Positions 42,128-53,815 of a DNA stretch of 64,000 nt are shown piece after piece. The translations under genes were made by a program, and so were the position numbers. The notes below the pieces were generated by a model. That model searched no databases. It was not told the origin of the DNA and saw nothing but the letters and a program-made list of their open reading frames with translations. The stretch is from Nitrospirota bacterium (lineage in GTDB: Bacteria; Nitrospirota; UBA9217): the NCBI GenBank assembly GCA_963845065.1, contig CAWJQQ010000006.1:320001-384000 (forward strand), written 5' to 3'. Within the stretch, counting starts at the first letter, position 1, and every line of letters starts with the position of its first letter.

Positions 42128-44341
42128 TCAAATACCATCAAAGCTTCTCGTCGTGCCATCCATATTCCTCCCGACTAGAACCTTCCGCGGCTTGGCCCCG
42201 TCGGCAGGTCCCACGATACCATCTTTTTCCATCATCTCGATCATGCGTGCTGCGCGATTGTATCCCACACGAAGGTGACGCTGCAAAAATGACGTGGATG
42301 CCTTTCCATTCTGTTGTACCAGATCGACAGCACGCTGATATTCCTCATCATGCTCTCCATCTTCCACGGCGGCCGCTTCCGCCTCCACGATCTCTTTGGC
42401 CCGTTGCTGGAGCAGATCGAAATTCGGCTTACCCTGCTTTTTTACGAACTCAACCACACGCTTGATTTCCGCTTCGGACACGAAGCAGCCATGCACTCGG
42501 ACCAGGTGGGACGAAGCGGGAGGCAAGAAAAGCATATCGCCCATGCCGAGCAGATTCTCTGCGCCGTTCGCGTCCAGAATCGTACGCGAGTCGGTCTTGG
42601 ACGAGACCTGAAATGAAATTCGCGAAGGAAGGTTGGCCTTGATGAGACCGGTGATCACATCCACGCTCGGCCGCTGAGTTGCTACGATCAAATGGATGCC
42701 TGCTGCGCGTGCCATTTGTGCCAAACGCATAATAGAGTCTTCGACCTCACGCTGTACCGTCATCATAAGATCCGCCAGCTCATCGATGATCACCACGATA
42801 TACGGGAGCCTCTCTGCCTCCGGGGCTGCTTTATTGTAGGAATCAACATTCTTGTTGCCCTTCTCCGCGAGTATCCGATACCGCCGCTCCATCTCGGCAA
42901 CGATCGCCCGTAATGTCTCTGCGGCCTTCTTAGGTTGGGTAACGACTGGCGAAATAAGGTGGGGGATACCTTCGTATAGCGAAAGCTCAAGCATCTTAGG
43001 ATCCACCATTGCGAGCTTTACTTCGTTCGGCCTTGCATTATAGAGGAGTGCAAGAATTATGGAGTTGATGGCAACACTTTTGCCTGAGCCGGTTGCGCCC
43101 GCCACCAAGAGGTGGGGCATCTTGTCGATAGAGGCAATCACCGACGCACCGAAGATATCCTTCCCCATCGGGATCTTAAGCTTGGACTTGTTTCCCTGGT
43201 ACTCCGGCGTTTCGAGGATCTGGCGGAAATAGACGGTCTCGCGCGTATTATTCGGCACCTCGATGCCGACCGCTGCCTTTCCGGGCAGTGGCGCCACAAT
43301 GCGGACCGATGCCGCCTTCATAGAGAGTGCAAGGTCATCAGACAGGTTAACAATTCTGCTAACCTTCACGCCCGGCGCAGGCTCAAACTCAAACATAGTA
43401 ACCACCGGGCCGGGGTAGACCTGAGTTACACGACCTTCGATACCGAAGTCCTGAAGTTTATGCTGCAGAAGTTCGGATTGGGCGATCATGTCTTCTTTAG
43501 AAACTTTTTTTACAACCTGTGGGAGAGGATCGAGCAAGTCTGGTGTGGGGAGTTGATAGGCGCCCTTCGCATCCAACCCGTCTTTGGCGCCCATGAATTC
43601 AAAAGCTGCCTGGACGGGCTTTGTGGGCTTTTCCGGCTTAACGTTCTTCGGAGCAAGAGGAAAGGCCTGCGACTTTTGCGTATCAACGATCTTCGGTAAC
43701 TCTTTAGGTAAGATATGACGCTGCTTAGCTTCTCTAGCCTTTTCCCTGCGGCCCTGGTAGATGGTGATGAGCAGGTCCACCTGCACCATCATGCGTCCAT
43801 AGAGTGAACGCAGCCACCCAAAGGCATTGATCATTGAGAATGGCGTGAGTATCATAAGCGAAACAACGATTGCCGTGAGCGCTATAATGTAGGCTCCGGT
43901 GGACGAGAACCCGGAGAGCAACAGGTGAGCGAACAGACCGCCCAGCATTCCGCCTGAAGGGACATCTTTTCCGAGCAGGCGGAGCGTTTCTCCCTGCAGC
44001 CCGAAGAACGCCGAGGAAGAGAAAAAAAGAACGATACCACCGACTTTTTTTAGGTAAGGGTGAACCGGCACCCTGCCGAGCGCAAGGAACGCGGCGTAGC
44101 CGATCAAGAGGAGGGGCAGTAGATAGGCGGAAATACCGAAGAGACGAAGGAGCACATCGGAGAGGTAGGCACCGATGATACCGATGATGTTTTGTGTCCT
44201 TAAATTGGTTCCGGAGACGCTGAAACAGGGGTCCGTTGGGCTGTACGAAAGAAGGCTCAGCATAACAAGAAGCCCGGCGGCAAGCAGGAGCAGGCCCATC
44301 ATTTCGTTCCAGTGTTTATGTTTTACTGCGGAAACCGCCAT
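42128..44341 (-). CDS. ftsK: DNA translocase FtsK
   Basis: TM-rich N-terminus, [26 protein letters not shown], gamma domain [10 protein letters not shown]. Confidence 0.97.
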   Translation of the reverse strand: MAVSAVKHKHWNEMMGLLLLAAGLLVMLSLLSYSPTDPCFSVSGTNLRTQNIIGIIGAYLSDVLLRLFGISAYLLPLLLIGYAAFLALGRVPVHPYLKKVGGIVLFFSSSAFFGLQGETLRLLGKDVPSGGMLGGLFAHLLLSGFSSTGAYIIALTAIVVSLMILTPFSMINAFGWLRSLYGRMMVQVDLLITIYQGRREKAREAKQRHILPKELPKIVDTQKSQAFPLAPKNVKPEKPTKPVQAAFEFMGAKDGLDAKGAYQLPTPDLLDPLPQVVKKVSKEDMIAQSELLQHKLQDFGIEGRVTQVYPGPVVTMFEFEPAPGVKVSRIVNLSDDLALSMKAASVRIVAPLPGKAAVGIEVPNNTRETVYFRQILETPEYQGNKSKLKIPMGKDIFGASVIASIDKMPHLLVAGATGSGKSVAINSIILALLYNARPNEVKLAMVDPKMLELSLYEGIPHLISPVVTQPKKAAETLRAIVAEMERRYRILAEKGNKNVDSYNKAAPEAERLPYIVVIIDELADLMMTVQREVEDSIMRLAQMARAAGIHLIVATQRPSVDVITGLIKANLPSRISFQVSSKTDSRTILDANGAENLLGMGDMLFLPPASSHLVRVHGCFVSEAEIKRVVEFVKKQGKPNFDLLQQRAKEIVEAEAAAVEDGEHDEEYQRAVDLVQQNGKASTSFLQRHLRVGYNRAARMIEMMEKDGIVGPADGAKPRKVLVGRNMDGTTRSFDGI

Positions 44342-44470
44342 AGACTCCTAACCCGAACGGCTGGAAACTGAACTAGGCAAGACATGTCGCCGCACAGTTT
44401 CGAACAATCTAAGACACTGACGACACCAACGCTTTTCTTGCCATTTATTACTGACAAATCTTCATAGAAA

Positions 44471-44932
44471 TCACATTTCGTGCCCGAACCACACGCCACT
44501 GGCAACAGCCGTATAGCTGATAATCACGAGGAACCAATGCATAATATTGATGAGCCTCAGGGCCTGGTCCATATCAATCTTTTCTGGGTCGGCAAAAATC
44601 CTGCCAAAGATCTTCCGCTCTGACAAAAGTACAATGGTATAAAGCGCCCAGGCAAATATCATAATTGCAATACCGATACCGCGGGCCTGTGCCAAAATGC
44701 CAAAACCATATTTTGCATAGAGTATCCAGAAGCCCGTGATGCCCACGATTGCGATCAACCACTTGACCATGCCTGCGAAACGGTGTTCCACGCGCTGGAA
44801 CATGAGCGCTTTTTCAAGCGAGCCATCGCTCATGTACATCATAGGAAAGATGACCGTAGTTACGAACGTCACCCCACCTATCCAGACGATGACGCAGATA
44901 GTGTGGATTATAAGCAAGATTGTCAGAAACAT
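44471..44932 (-). CDS. Conserved 4-TM membrane protein (CopD-like N-terminal motif)
   Basis: H...VWIGG..F motif and four hydrophobic segments. Confidence 0.65.
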   Translation of the reverse strand: MFLTILLIIHTICVIVWIGGVTFVTTVIFPMMYMSDGSLEKALMFQRVEHRFAGMVKWLIAIVGITGFWILYAKYGFGILAQARGIGIAIMIFAWALYTIVLLSERKIFGRIFADPEKIDMDQALRLINIMHWFLVIISYTAVASGVWFGHEM

Positions 44933-45206
44933 GCGGCCCCCGTGTCCAGCCGGAGCAGGTTTGCCAGACAAACACATTATTTCATAAAGCGCTGCGAAAT
45001 TCAAGATGTTTTGGAGTAATCACAGCCTTATTCACGGACAACGGATGCAAAGATTGTAGAGATAAAGAGAGCAGCCGTATACCTACGACTCATACAATGA
45101 TTACTGCAGCCTCGAAGAAAGGGTAAAAAAATTCAGAACGTTTTCAATGCCGAGGTATCACCCAATTCTCGCCTCGCATTCCTCTGTGCACGCAGCAGTG
45201 AACTCT

Positions 45207-46235
45207 TTACGGAACCCTAACCACGATTTTCCCGAAGAACTGCCGGCTAAGCAGTTTCTCATAGGCCTTCTGTACATTGTTGAAGTCGAATACAGAATCG
45301 ACTACCGTCTTTAAGTCCTCTGGAAATAGCCTGAGCACCTGCGCAAATTCGGCCCTTGGTCCCACGTACACACCGTGGATCGAGAGATTTTTCCCGAACA
45401 GGTAGCGGAGGCTCACATTCATTTCGTCGCCGCTCGTGTTACCGAATGTCACCAGCCTGCCTCCCCGTCTGAGGCACGCAAGTGACTTATTGATCGTAGC
45501 CGCTCCTACATGGTCTACAGCAATGTCCGCCTGCCGGCCGTTCGTTATCCGCTTTACAGCCTCTGCAAAATCTTCTTTCCGATGATTGATGACAAAGTCA
45601 GCCCCGAGCTCTTTTGCCTTCTCTATCTTCCAGTCGTCGCCCACCGTGGTGATGATCGTTGCATGGTACAGCTTAGCTACCTGGATGAGCGCTGTGCCCA
45701 CCCCGCTTCCTGCCCCGTGGACCAAGACCGTGTCGCCTTGGTGAATACCCGCTCGCGCCACAAGCGAGTTCCATGATGTAGCGTAGGTAATACCTATTCC
45801 TGCTGCCTCGTCAAAGGTCAAGCCATCTGGTTTTTTAAAAATATTTGCTCCTGGTGCTTTTGCATATTCCGCTGACGCACCGTTAAAAATAACACCGAGA
45901 ACTGAGAAGCTGTCGCACTCATTATCATGCCCGCTCATGCACCTATCGCACTGTCCGCATGAAAGGCCAGGGAAGATGATCACTTCGTCGCCTGCTTTAA
46001 CATGCTTCACGTATTTACCAGCTTTTTCAACGATTCCGGATGAGTCTGAACCGAAGATATGGGGTAGTGGAATTTTAACGGGATAGTTCCCGCTCATGAC
46101 CCAGACATCGAGGTGATTGAGCGAGAAAGCTTTTACCCGGACGAGGACCTCGTACTCACTTATTTCGGGGGCAGGCATTTCCCCCAATTTAATTTCTTGA
46201 TATCCTTTTTGTTCGTTGTAAAAGAGCGCTTTCAC
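45207..46235 (-). CDS. Zn-binding MDR-family dehydrogenase/quinone oxidoreductase
   Basis: LNHLD, PHIFGSD, CGQCDRC...C and GAGSGVG motifs. Confidence 0.9.
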   Translation of the reverse strand: MKALFYNEQKGYQEIKLGEMPAPEISEYEVLVRVKAFSLNHLDVWVMSGNYPVKIPLPHIFGSDSSGIVEKAGKYVKHVKAGDEVIIFPGLSCGQCDRCMSGHDNECDSFSVLGVIFNGASAEYAKAPGANIFKKPDGLTFDEAAGIGITYATSWNSLVARAGIHQGDTVLVHGAGSGVGTALIQVAKLYHATIITTVGDDWKIEKAKELGADFVINHRKEDFAEAVKRITNGRQADIAVDHVGAATINKSLACLRRGGRLVTFGNTSGDEMNVSLRYLFGKNLSIHGVYVGPRAEFAQVLRLFPEDLKTVVDSVFDFNNVQKAYEKLLSRQFFGKIVVRVP

Positions 46236-46917
46236 AGTCACCTTCCTTTGATTAAGTATATCCGTTTGGTGAGTGGCGTGTCAATGAAAGACAAGAAAAA
46301 CCTTTATTCGCTCATCTACAGCTCCTAGTGAATGGTTGTTGAGAAAATAGTATGAATTTTTATGGAAAACCATTACTACCTATAAAAACCCTTTGAGCTG
46401 TGACAGCGGTCCTGCAAAATAAGGATTCGAACGACAGTAAGCCCGGAACCATTCTTTTATGTTAAAAGTCAAACCTGGGTTCGACTGGGCAGACTGGCCG
46501 ACAGGTTTTTCTCAGTTTTTTATTCGTTTTTGTTAATAATCATTAAAGTGTACCAGTCGAGGGGGCTTCCCAGCTGCATTGATCGTTTGCGAGACTTTGA
46601 GTCTGTTTGGAACAGAAATCAAATCTCACAAATGCCCCAGGATCGATTTTCCAGGGGCAGGCCATATCGTGATACCCCCCGTAGGACCCCTTTCTCGAGA
46701 TTCATTCGCAGAACGGACAAATCTTTAAAACGACGCTTTATCAACAGACATGCTTACCCTATAAAGGCAGCTGCATTTCCTTGATCAGGTATTAAAGTTG
46801 TGGGTCCGCTGTCTATAGTTTTGCAGACATGCTTCCCTCGCCGGCTGCGAATGGCACAAAGCGTTACCCATGGTACATCAGGTCGTAAGATTGGCCGTCC
46901 TAACGTGATCCCGTTTC

Positions 46918-47850
46918 TTATTGTATAACCGCAGGCACATACTTCTGATTCTTCAGGACGTATCTGATGCGGTTCAATAGTTTTCTGGCAATATGAACGA
47001 TGGCCCTTGTTTTTGGCGTGTTTTTAGAGAGTCGTTCAAAGGTCATTAGCAACGCAGGGTCTTTCCGTACTGCAATCCAAGAGCTTTCAATAATCAAGTT
47101 TCGAAGTATTTGATTGCGTCGGTCGGTAATGCCTGTTGTAGTGTCCTTTTCTCCACTTGAGTCCGTGTTGGGACTGAAGCCGACATAGCTCGCAAGTTTG
47201 TCAAGTGATCCAAACCGATCGATATTACATAACTCCGTGAGAAACGTCATGGCGGTGAGTGTGTTGATCCCCGAAGCGGTTCTTAATAACTGGGCATTTA
47301 CCCTGCATTCATCGTTCCGAGAGAGCGCGCGAATGTTCTGGTTCAATTCGACAATGATCACGCGGATATGCCATAACTCATCGAGATGCACCTTAAAGGC
47401 GACATAGCCACTAGCCTTTTCCATGCGGATTTCCTCAGCCATTTAATAAATTTGCTTGACCAGTTATGGTGGACAATGTCAGTTGGTATATGAATACCAT
47501 TAAAAGCGAGCATAGACTTGATCTGGTTCTTGAAACGGGTCTGCTTCTTGACCATGTTTCGTCGGGTCCTAAGCAAGCTGCGATCTTCGATTTTTATCCG
47601 CGTGGGAACATAGATTCCTTCGAGTTCTCCGTTTCTGTGGTTGCGGGCAAGTTTGCGGCAATCTACCTTATCTCTTTGCCTGCCCGTTCTTTGTCTTTTG
47701 TAGGGACATCAGCGGGATTTACTACTATGCATTCGATACCTTTTTCTCGTAACTGTTCGTGGATCCAGAATCTGGAATACCCAGTTAAACGGCGTGATAG
47801 GTTGCGTCAGGGAAATTTCGGTTCAAGTAATTGGCAAGAACCGACGGCAT
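46918..47850 (-). pseudogene. Frameshifted, 5'-truncated IS110-family recombinase
   Basis: Fragments YLNRNFPDATY, GYSRFWIH, VNPAD, DKVDC.KLA, RF.SLDKLASYVGF.P..DSSG and AIVHIARKL in different frames. Confidence 0.85.
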
Positions 47851-47994
47851 GGTGGTAAGTCAGACTTGCCTTTTAATCATAAGGTCTATTGTGGCGTGTA
47901 CTACCCTCCAGCTTTGACAGGAATCTTTCGGACAGGATATGAAGTACTGATTTCGAGCTTTTGTAAACGTTGATGACCGTATCAGAACTTCTGT

Positions 47995-48220
47995 GAGTCG
48001 CTTGACAAAATTTTCGATTCGGTACAGAAAACCTCTGACGAAATCACTCAGATAGCCACGTCCATCGAATAGCAGACATTGACGTCAGAGGATATTGCGA
48101 AGAACATAGAAGATGTTTCTCAGATAGCCAGCCGGACTCAGACATCCACGAAAAAGTTGATGACGATCTTTGAAATTTTCGCAGCAGCTGGAGGCAACGG
48201 TGGATGAATTCAAGCTGTAA
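47995..48220 (+). pseudogene. MCP C-terminal remnant
   Basis: ESLDKIFDSVQKTSDEITQIATSIE*QTLTSEDIAKNIE..., frameshift, QQLEATVDEFKL*. Confidence 0.75.
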
Positions 48221-48430
48221 ACCGTAACCGACGATTAATGTCCCTGGCTTTCGATAATTACAGTACTCATTATTGCTGTACTCTGAACCTCCCCTAGGAC
48301 AAATCCCGGAGCTTGCGGAGTTGCAAGGTTTCCCTCAATGAAAGCTTGCTTTATTTTCGCCTTGTCCGTTTGACTCGTTCAATTACCTGCAAAACTTGTA
48401 TGATCAGATGGTGAAGGGCCATCCCCGGTA

Positions 48431-48459
48431 TTGACTCTGCAACAAATAGCATTTATAAT
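48431..48459 (+). promoter_or_regulatory. Sigma-70-type promoter of the lipid kinase gene
   Basis: TTGACT-N17-TATAAT. Confidence 0.65.
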
Positions 48460-48488
48460 GCCGATTACTATGACGTACCCAATTCTAA

Positions 48489-49388
48489 TTGAGCAAGATG
48501 AAGAGGTATAAACTTATAGCAAACCTTCACGCTGGACGAGGCAGGGCAGGCAGTATTGTGGACGAAGTGGTTCGCATCTTTAATGCCCGGAAGGCTCGTT
48601 TCGACCTTGAAACAACCACAGGGGCGGGAGATGCGGAGAACATCGCAGCTATCGCCTGCACCGGCGATGAGTATTCCGCGGTCATTTCCATCGGCGGCGA
48701 CGGCACTGTGAACGATATCGTCCAGAAAGCGGTTTTTACTGGGAAGCCGGTCGGCGTTATACCTGCCGGGTCGGGAAACGACTTTTCAAAAGTCCTGAAC
48801 ACACCAAAAAAACTAGATGACATTGTTGACATGCTTCTCGCGGGCAGAACGAAGGTCATTGACGTGGGCAGGATGAACAAACGTTTTTTTGCAAATAATA
48901 TCGGAATCGGTTTTGACGCTGCGGTCAATTACAACACACAAAAGGTCAAATGGATAAGAAGCGGTCTAGCTGTTTATGTCTGTGCGCTTTTGAAAACACT
49001 CAAACGGTACCGACCCTTACCGATGAAGATCACGATCAATGGCGAGGTATTCGACCAAAACATGTTCTTGGTCAGTGTCGGCAACGGCACAACCTGCGGC
49101 GGTGGATTCAAACTCACGCCGCATGCGAAGATCGATGACTGGCTTCTCGATATAACGATGGTAAAGCCTCTCAGCCTACTTCAGTTGCTCTGGCATTTTC
49201 CGAAGGTCTTTCAGGGAACGATAGACAAAACAAAATACACCGTTACTCGACGGGCAGAGAAGCTGACCGTGGAAAGCTTTCATCCGCTACCGCTCCATGT
49301 TGATGGAGAAATTTATACTTTAGAAGAAGACGTATGCGAAATTTCAGTCGTACCTAACGCCTTGACAATAATCGGAAACTTTACCTAA
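48489..49388 (+). CDS. Diacylglycerol kinase-family (YegS/BmrU-like) lipid kinase
   Basis: GGDGTVN, IPAGSGNDF, GIGFDA, GGG and HVDGE motifs. Confidence 0.92.
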   Translation: MSKMKRYKLIANLHAGRGRAGSIVDEVVRIFNARKARFDLETTTGAGDAENIAAIACTGDEYSAVISIGGDGTVNDIVQKAVFTGKPVGVIPAGSGNDFSKVLNTPKKLDDIVDMLLAGRTKVIDVGRMNKRFFANNIGIGFDAAVNYNTQKVKWIRSGLAVYVCALLKTLKRYRPLPMKITINGEVFDQNMFLVSVGNGTTCGGGFKLTPHAKIDDWLLDITMVKPLSLLQLLWHFPKVFQGTIDKTKYTVTRRAEKLTVESFHPLPLHVDGEIYTLEEDVCEISVVPNALTIIGNFT

Positions 49389-49539
49389 AAAAATGAGGGT
49401 GATCTTTACAAGATGCGCTCACCACGCATGGTCGCAAAGTAATACTTTCAATACCTGTTCGCCCTGAGCAAGCGGAGCACTAAATAAAGGCTTGTTCAAG
49501 ATCGACTCCTCTGTGTCTATCAATCTGCATACTATAATC

Positions 49540-50167
49540 ACTTATACACATCGATCTTTCCCTTCCAATACCCTCATGACGATGGCCATAAGGGGCAGAT
49601 TCATCGAGAGGAAGTCGTAGTCGATTTTTTTAATACCTTCATCACAGGAATGTTTTCGGTGTCACCAGCAATTCATGCGCTTATTACCAAAGGACAGCAC
49701 ATACCCATTCCCCTCACTTTTCGGATGCTAGGGTTGTCCCATATCTCGCTTATGCACTATGTTATACTCCGGGACAGCCTCAACCTGGATTCCCGACACC
49801 GTCCGGACTTCACTGTGTTGTACAACAATCTCTCCAAAATTTTTTCCGCGCATTTTGCAGTGAACAAGAGAACCGTGTCCTTCGTACGTATGTTTTGGAT
49901 TGCTGCGGGATCAAGATGGTCGGCATGCTCATGAGCAATGAATACAATATCAGTTTTTAAAAGTTTTGCATCGTCTGCCAGTTTGCTGAATGGATCGACG
50001 TGAAGTAGCTTCCCCATGAATTGAAGCATATGCGAACCATGTCCGATGAACGTAATTAAGAGATTCGCGGAGGATATTTGTATGATGTCTTGTTCAAACG
50101 GTTCCCGTTCATGGACTTCAAGGGGATGTAATGCCCCTCGCGACATAGCTGGCACCGTTATTTTCAA
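49540..50167 (-). pseudogene. Decayed metallo-beta-lactamase-fold hydrolase
   Basis: FIGHGS, HVDP and HEHADHLD, then frameshifted EAVPEYN, GNGYVL and GDTEN with a stop; boundaries approximate. Confidence 0.75.
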
Positions 50168-50196
50168 AATGAGCCCTACTGTGTTTCATATTCTCA

Positions 50197-52680
50197 TCAG
50201 TCTTTTTTATCAATCGCTTTTAGTCTCCATATTTTATCAGCATATTCCCTGATCGTGCGGTCACTAGAAAATTTGCCCATGCCTGCGACGTTTAGAATCG
50301 AACGCTTGGCCCACTCCTCCTGGTCGCGGTATAGCGCATCGACCCGATCCTGGCACGCAATGTAGGACTCATAATCAGCAAGGAGCATGTAGTTGTCGCT
50401 TTCTGTGAGGGCATCAAATACAGGCTGGAAGCGGTCAGGTGCGTCTGGAGAGAAGTAGCCGCTATTGATCATATCCAGGGCCTGCTTGAGTTCGGCATTA
50501 GACTGGTAAATATCCCTGGCCCGGTATCCCCTTGCACGGAGAGAGACAACCTCATCCGCGGTCATACCGAAGATGAAGATGTTCTCGCCACCGACCTCTT
50601 CCATCATCTCGATGTTCGCGCCATCTAGGGTCCCGATGGTCATCGCGCCGTTCAAAGCAAACTTCATATTACCTGTGCCCGAGGCCTCGGTGCCAGCCAA
50701 AGAAATCTGCTCGGATAAATCGCAAGCGGGAATAATCTTCTCGGCGTTCGACACGTTATAGTCAGCGATGAACACTACTTTCAAGAGAGGGGCAGACGCG
50801 GGGTCGTTGTTCACGACATCTCCCACGCAATGAATGAGTTTGATAATAAGCTTGGCCATGGCATACCCGGGCGCTGCCTTGCCGCCAAATATCATAGTAC
50901 GCGGCACTAGGTCTATGGTCCGGCCTTCGCGGATGCGGTTATATCGCGTCACGATGTGCAACACGTTCAAGAGTTGCCGCTTATACTCATGGATACGCTT
51001 GATGTGTATATCGAAGAGTGAGGCGGGATCGACGCGGAGCTGAAGCCGCTTCCTAATTATCTCAGCCAGTCGAACCTTATTCACTTGCTTCACATCAACA
51101 AATTGTTTTCGGAATTCCCCCTCCTGAGAGAGTGGGATGAGTTTCATGAGCTCTGCAAGATCACAGACCCATTGGTCGCCAATCTGTAGCGTGATGAGCG
51201 CGGACAGCGCCGGGTTCGCCTGGTGCAGCCAACGTCGCGGAGTGACACCGTTGGTGATATTAATGATTTTATCGGGGGTGAAACGATCAAAATCCGCGAA
51301 GATCGTCTTTTTCATAAGATCCGTATGGATCTGCGAAACACCGTTGACTTTGTGGCTCCCCGCAATGGCCAGGTGGGCCATGCGCAAACGACGACCCGCC
51401 GTTTCATCAACAAGCGACATGCGTCGGAGCCGCTCGATATCGCCGGGATAGCGGTGACGCACCTCTTCGAGAAACCGGTAGTTGATCTCGTAGATGATCT
51501 GCAGATGGCGCGGAAGAACCTCTTCGAAAAGGTGGACGGGCCATGTTTCAAGCGCCTCGGGCATGAGCGTGTGATTGGTGTAGGAGAAAGTGCGGCGCGT
51601 AATATTCCAAGCGCGGTCCCAGTCTAGGTGATGAAAGTCGATTAGTACTCGCATGAGCTCGGGGATGGCAATGGAAGGGTGTGTATCGTTCAACTGGATT
51701 GCAACCTTATCCGGTAGCTCGTCAAGGTTCGAATGATATTTGGTAAAGCGGCGGAGAATATCTTGGAGCGACGCGCAAACGAAAAAGTACTGCTGTTTGA
51801 GCCGCAGCTCCCGTCCCATTTCCGTTGTATCATCTGGATAGAGGACTTTGGAAAGATTTTCCGATTCATTCTTCTCGGCCACTGCTTTGATATAGTTTCC
51901 CTCGTTGAAGTATTTAAGGTTAAAATCACGTGATGCCTTGGCGGACCATAGCCGCATGTTGTTCACTGTGCTCGTGTCGTACCCGGGCACCGGAGTGTCG
52001 AAAGCCATGGCCATCACGTCTTCGGTCTCTACCCAGTGGTACTTCAAAGCGCCATTATCGTCTTTGATCTGCACGACCCTGCCGCCGAACTTAACCGGGA
52101 AGAGCACTTCGGGCCTGGGAAACTCCCAAGGATTTCCGTAGCGCAGCCAGTTGTCGGGATGCTCCACCTGGTAGCCATTCTCAATGCGCTGGTTGAACAT
52201 ACCGTATTCGTACCGGATGCCGTACCCGTAACCAGGCAGGGACAGGGTGGCCATGGAGTCGAGAAAGCAGGCTGCAAGCCGGCCAAGTCCACCGTTTCCG
52301 AGCGCAGCGTCTGTTTCCAGTTCGCGGATCCGCTCGATATCGAGCTCCAGGTCAGCAAGGGCCTCGCAACACTCTTCATAGAACCCCATGTTCAAGAGGC
52401 TGTTCGAGAGAAGGCGGCCGGTCAAAAACTCCATAGAGAGATAGTAAACGCGCTTGGCATCGAATCGGTAGTAGTTGCGCATCGTTTCCATCCAGCGCTC
52501 TATCAGCCGCTCGCGCACGGCATATGCCGTGGTGTGGAACCAGTCGCGGTGAGTGGCTGTGATTGGGTCCTTCCCCATAGAGTAGATCAATCGGTTGGAG
52601 AGCGAGTGTTTGAGAGAGGTCCGGTCATTGCCTAACTTGTCGTACTGGAAGGTGCTTAGCTTGTTTTTATTGTTGGACAT
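50197..52680 (-). CDS. glgP: Glycogen/alpha-glucan phosphorylase
   Basis: GNGGLGRLAACF, QLNDTHP, KRIHEYKRQ and EASGTGNMKF motifs. Confidence 0.97.
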   Translation of the reverse strand: MSNNKNKLSTFQYDKLGNDRTSLKHSLSNRLIYSMGKDPITATHRDWFHTTAYAVRERLIERWMETMRNYYRFDAKRVYYLSMEFLTGRLLSNSLLNMGFYEECCEALADLELDIERIRELETDAALGNGGLGRLAACFLDSMATLSLPGYGYGIRYEYGMFNQRIENGYQVEHPDNWLRYGNPWEFPRPEVLFPVKFGGRVVQIKDDNGALKYHWVETEDVMAMAFDTPVPGYDTSTVNNMRLWSAKASRDFNLKYFNEGNYIKAVAEKNESENLSKVLYPDDTTEMGRELRLKQQYFFVCASLQDILRRFTKYHSNLDELPDKVAIQLNDTHPSIAIPELMRVLIDFHHLDWDRAWNITRRTFSYTNHTLMPEALETWPVHLFEEVLPRHLQIIYEINYRFLEEVRHRYPGDIERLRRMSLVDETAGRRLRMAHLAIAGSHKVNGVSQIHTDLMKKTIFADFDRFTPDKIINITNGVTPRRWLHQANPALSALITLQIGDQWVCDLAELMKLIPLSQEGEFRKQFVDVKQVNKVRLAEIIRKRLQLRVDPASLFDIHIKRIHEYKRQLLNVLHIVTRYNRIREGRTIDLVPRTMIFGGKAAPGYAMAKLIIKLIHCVGDVVNNDPASAPLLKVVFIADYNVSNAEKIIPACDLSEQISLAGTEASGTGNMKFALNGAMTIGTLDGANIEMMEEVGGENIFIFGMTADEVVSLRARGYRARDIYQSNAELKQALDMINSGYFSPDAPDRFQPVFDALTESDNYMLLADYESYIACQDRVDALYRDQEEWAKRSILNVAGMGKFSSDRTIREYADKIWRLKAIDKKD

Positions 52681-52763
52681 GGATTCTCCAGGTTGTCCTT
52701 TTTTTATTTACCTGAAAAAAAATCAATGGAAGGACCTTTTTTCGAGAAATGCGAGGCACTCCA

Positions 52764-53357
52764 TTATCGACTGCTGAGGGCTTTCCGGAATACCTCGAGG
52801 GACTGGACACCAATAATGGACTTTTTCATGCCGATGAAAAACGTTGGCACACCCGTTACGCCCAGTCGTGCAGCATCATTCTGGACCTCCACGAGCTTCG
52901 ACAGGTACTTGCCGCTTTCAACACCCTGGATCATGGCCTCAGCATCGAGACCAGTGTCGCATGCGATTTGCCTAAGCACGTTGAGATCGCCGATGTTGAG
53001 ACCCTCAGAAAAGTAGGCAGTAAAAAGAGCTTGGTGATACTCCTGGAATTTGGCGTTATCGCGCGCAAACTCAACTGCCTGGAGTGCCAAGCGTGAATTG
53101 GACAGGAGCGGACGGTCAGCGAAAGTTATTCCGAAAGCCGCGCCCATGGTACGAAGGTGTTCCATCATGCGCTGGATGTCTGCAGGGCTAAAGCGTTTGG
53201 CCATAAGAGTTCCCTCCTGCGGCGTCTCGGGGTGAATCTCCAAACCTCTCCACGCAACCGCGAGATCAAACTCCTGCTTTAGCTTTTCGACGATGCCCTC
53301 GCCGATATAGCAGAATGGTCAAATATAATCGGAAAAGACCTGAATGCTAGTGCTCAT
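52764..53357 (-). CDS. DsbA/FrnE-like thiol oxidoreductase, selenoprotein (UxxC)
   Basis: MSTSIQVFSDYI-UGA(53319-53321)-PFCYIG continues in frame into the tracked ORF EIHPETP...GVTGVPTF. Confidence 0.88.
53287..53305 (-). promoter_or_regulatory. Putative SECIS hairpin
   Basis: TCGGCGA-GGGCA-TCGTCGA 7-bp stem (one G-U) starting 13 nt after the UGA. Confidence 0.6.
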
Positions 53358-53815
53358 GTGCCCGCCTATCTCAAAACGCCCATAGATATTGATATAATAC
53401 CATTTTTTTCAATAGTTGGCTCTATTAATTGGCTTTATGCTTTCTTCTACTGCAAGACCATGGCAAATGTGAAGATGTTCGAAAAACGCAATATCAATTG
53501 TTCTTAATAATTGAGAATCATGGGAGAAACGACGACATTCTTCCGAATCTACGACCTGCCAGGGCTCGAATGAGCCGACGCCCTGCTTCAACTGCTTGAA
53601 CTTGTTGTCAGTGATAAGACTCAGGATCTTGGAGTCCTAACGGAGGCCCATGAGCACGCTACCCTGGATAAAAGCGCAGAGATACTTGACATTGAATAAT
53701 GACTTGAATTATGCGGTTTCTGAAAATAGCCTCTTTCCCTTTCGTGATCTCTGTGTTCATTGCTGTTGCATTTTTTTTCTGGATTGCGCGGCATACATTC
53801 CGGATGAAAATAGGT

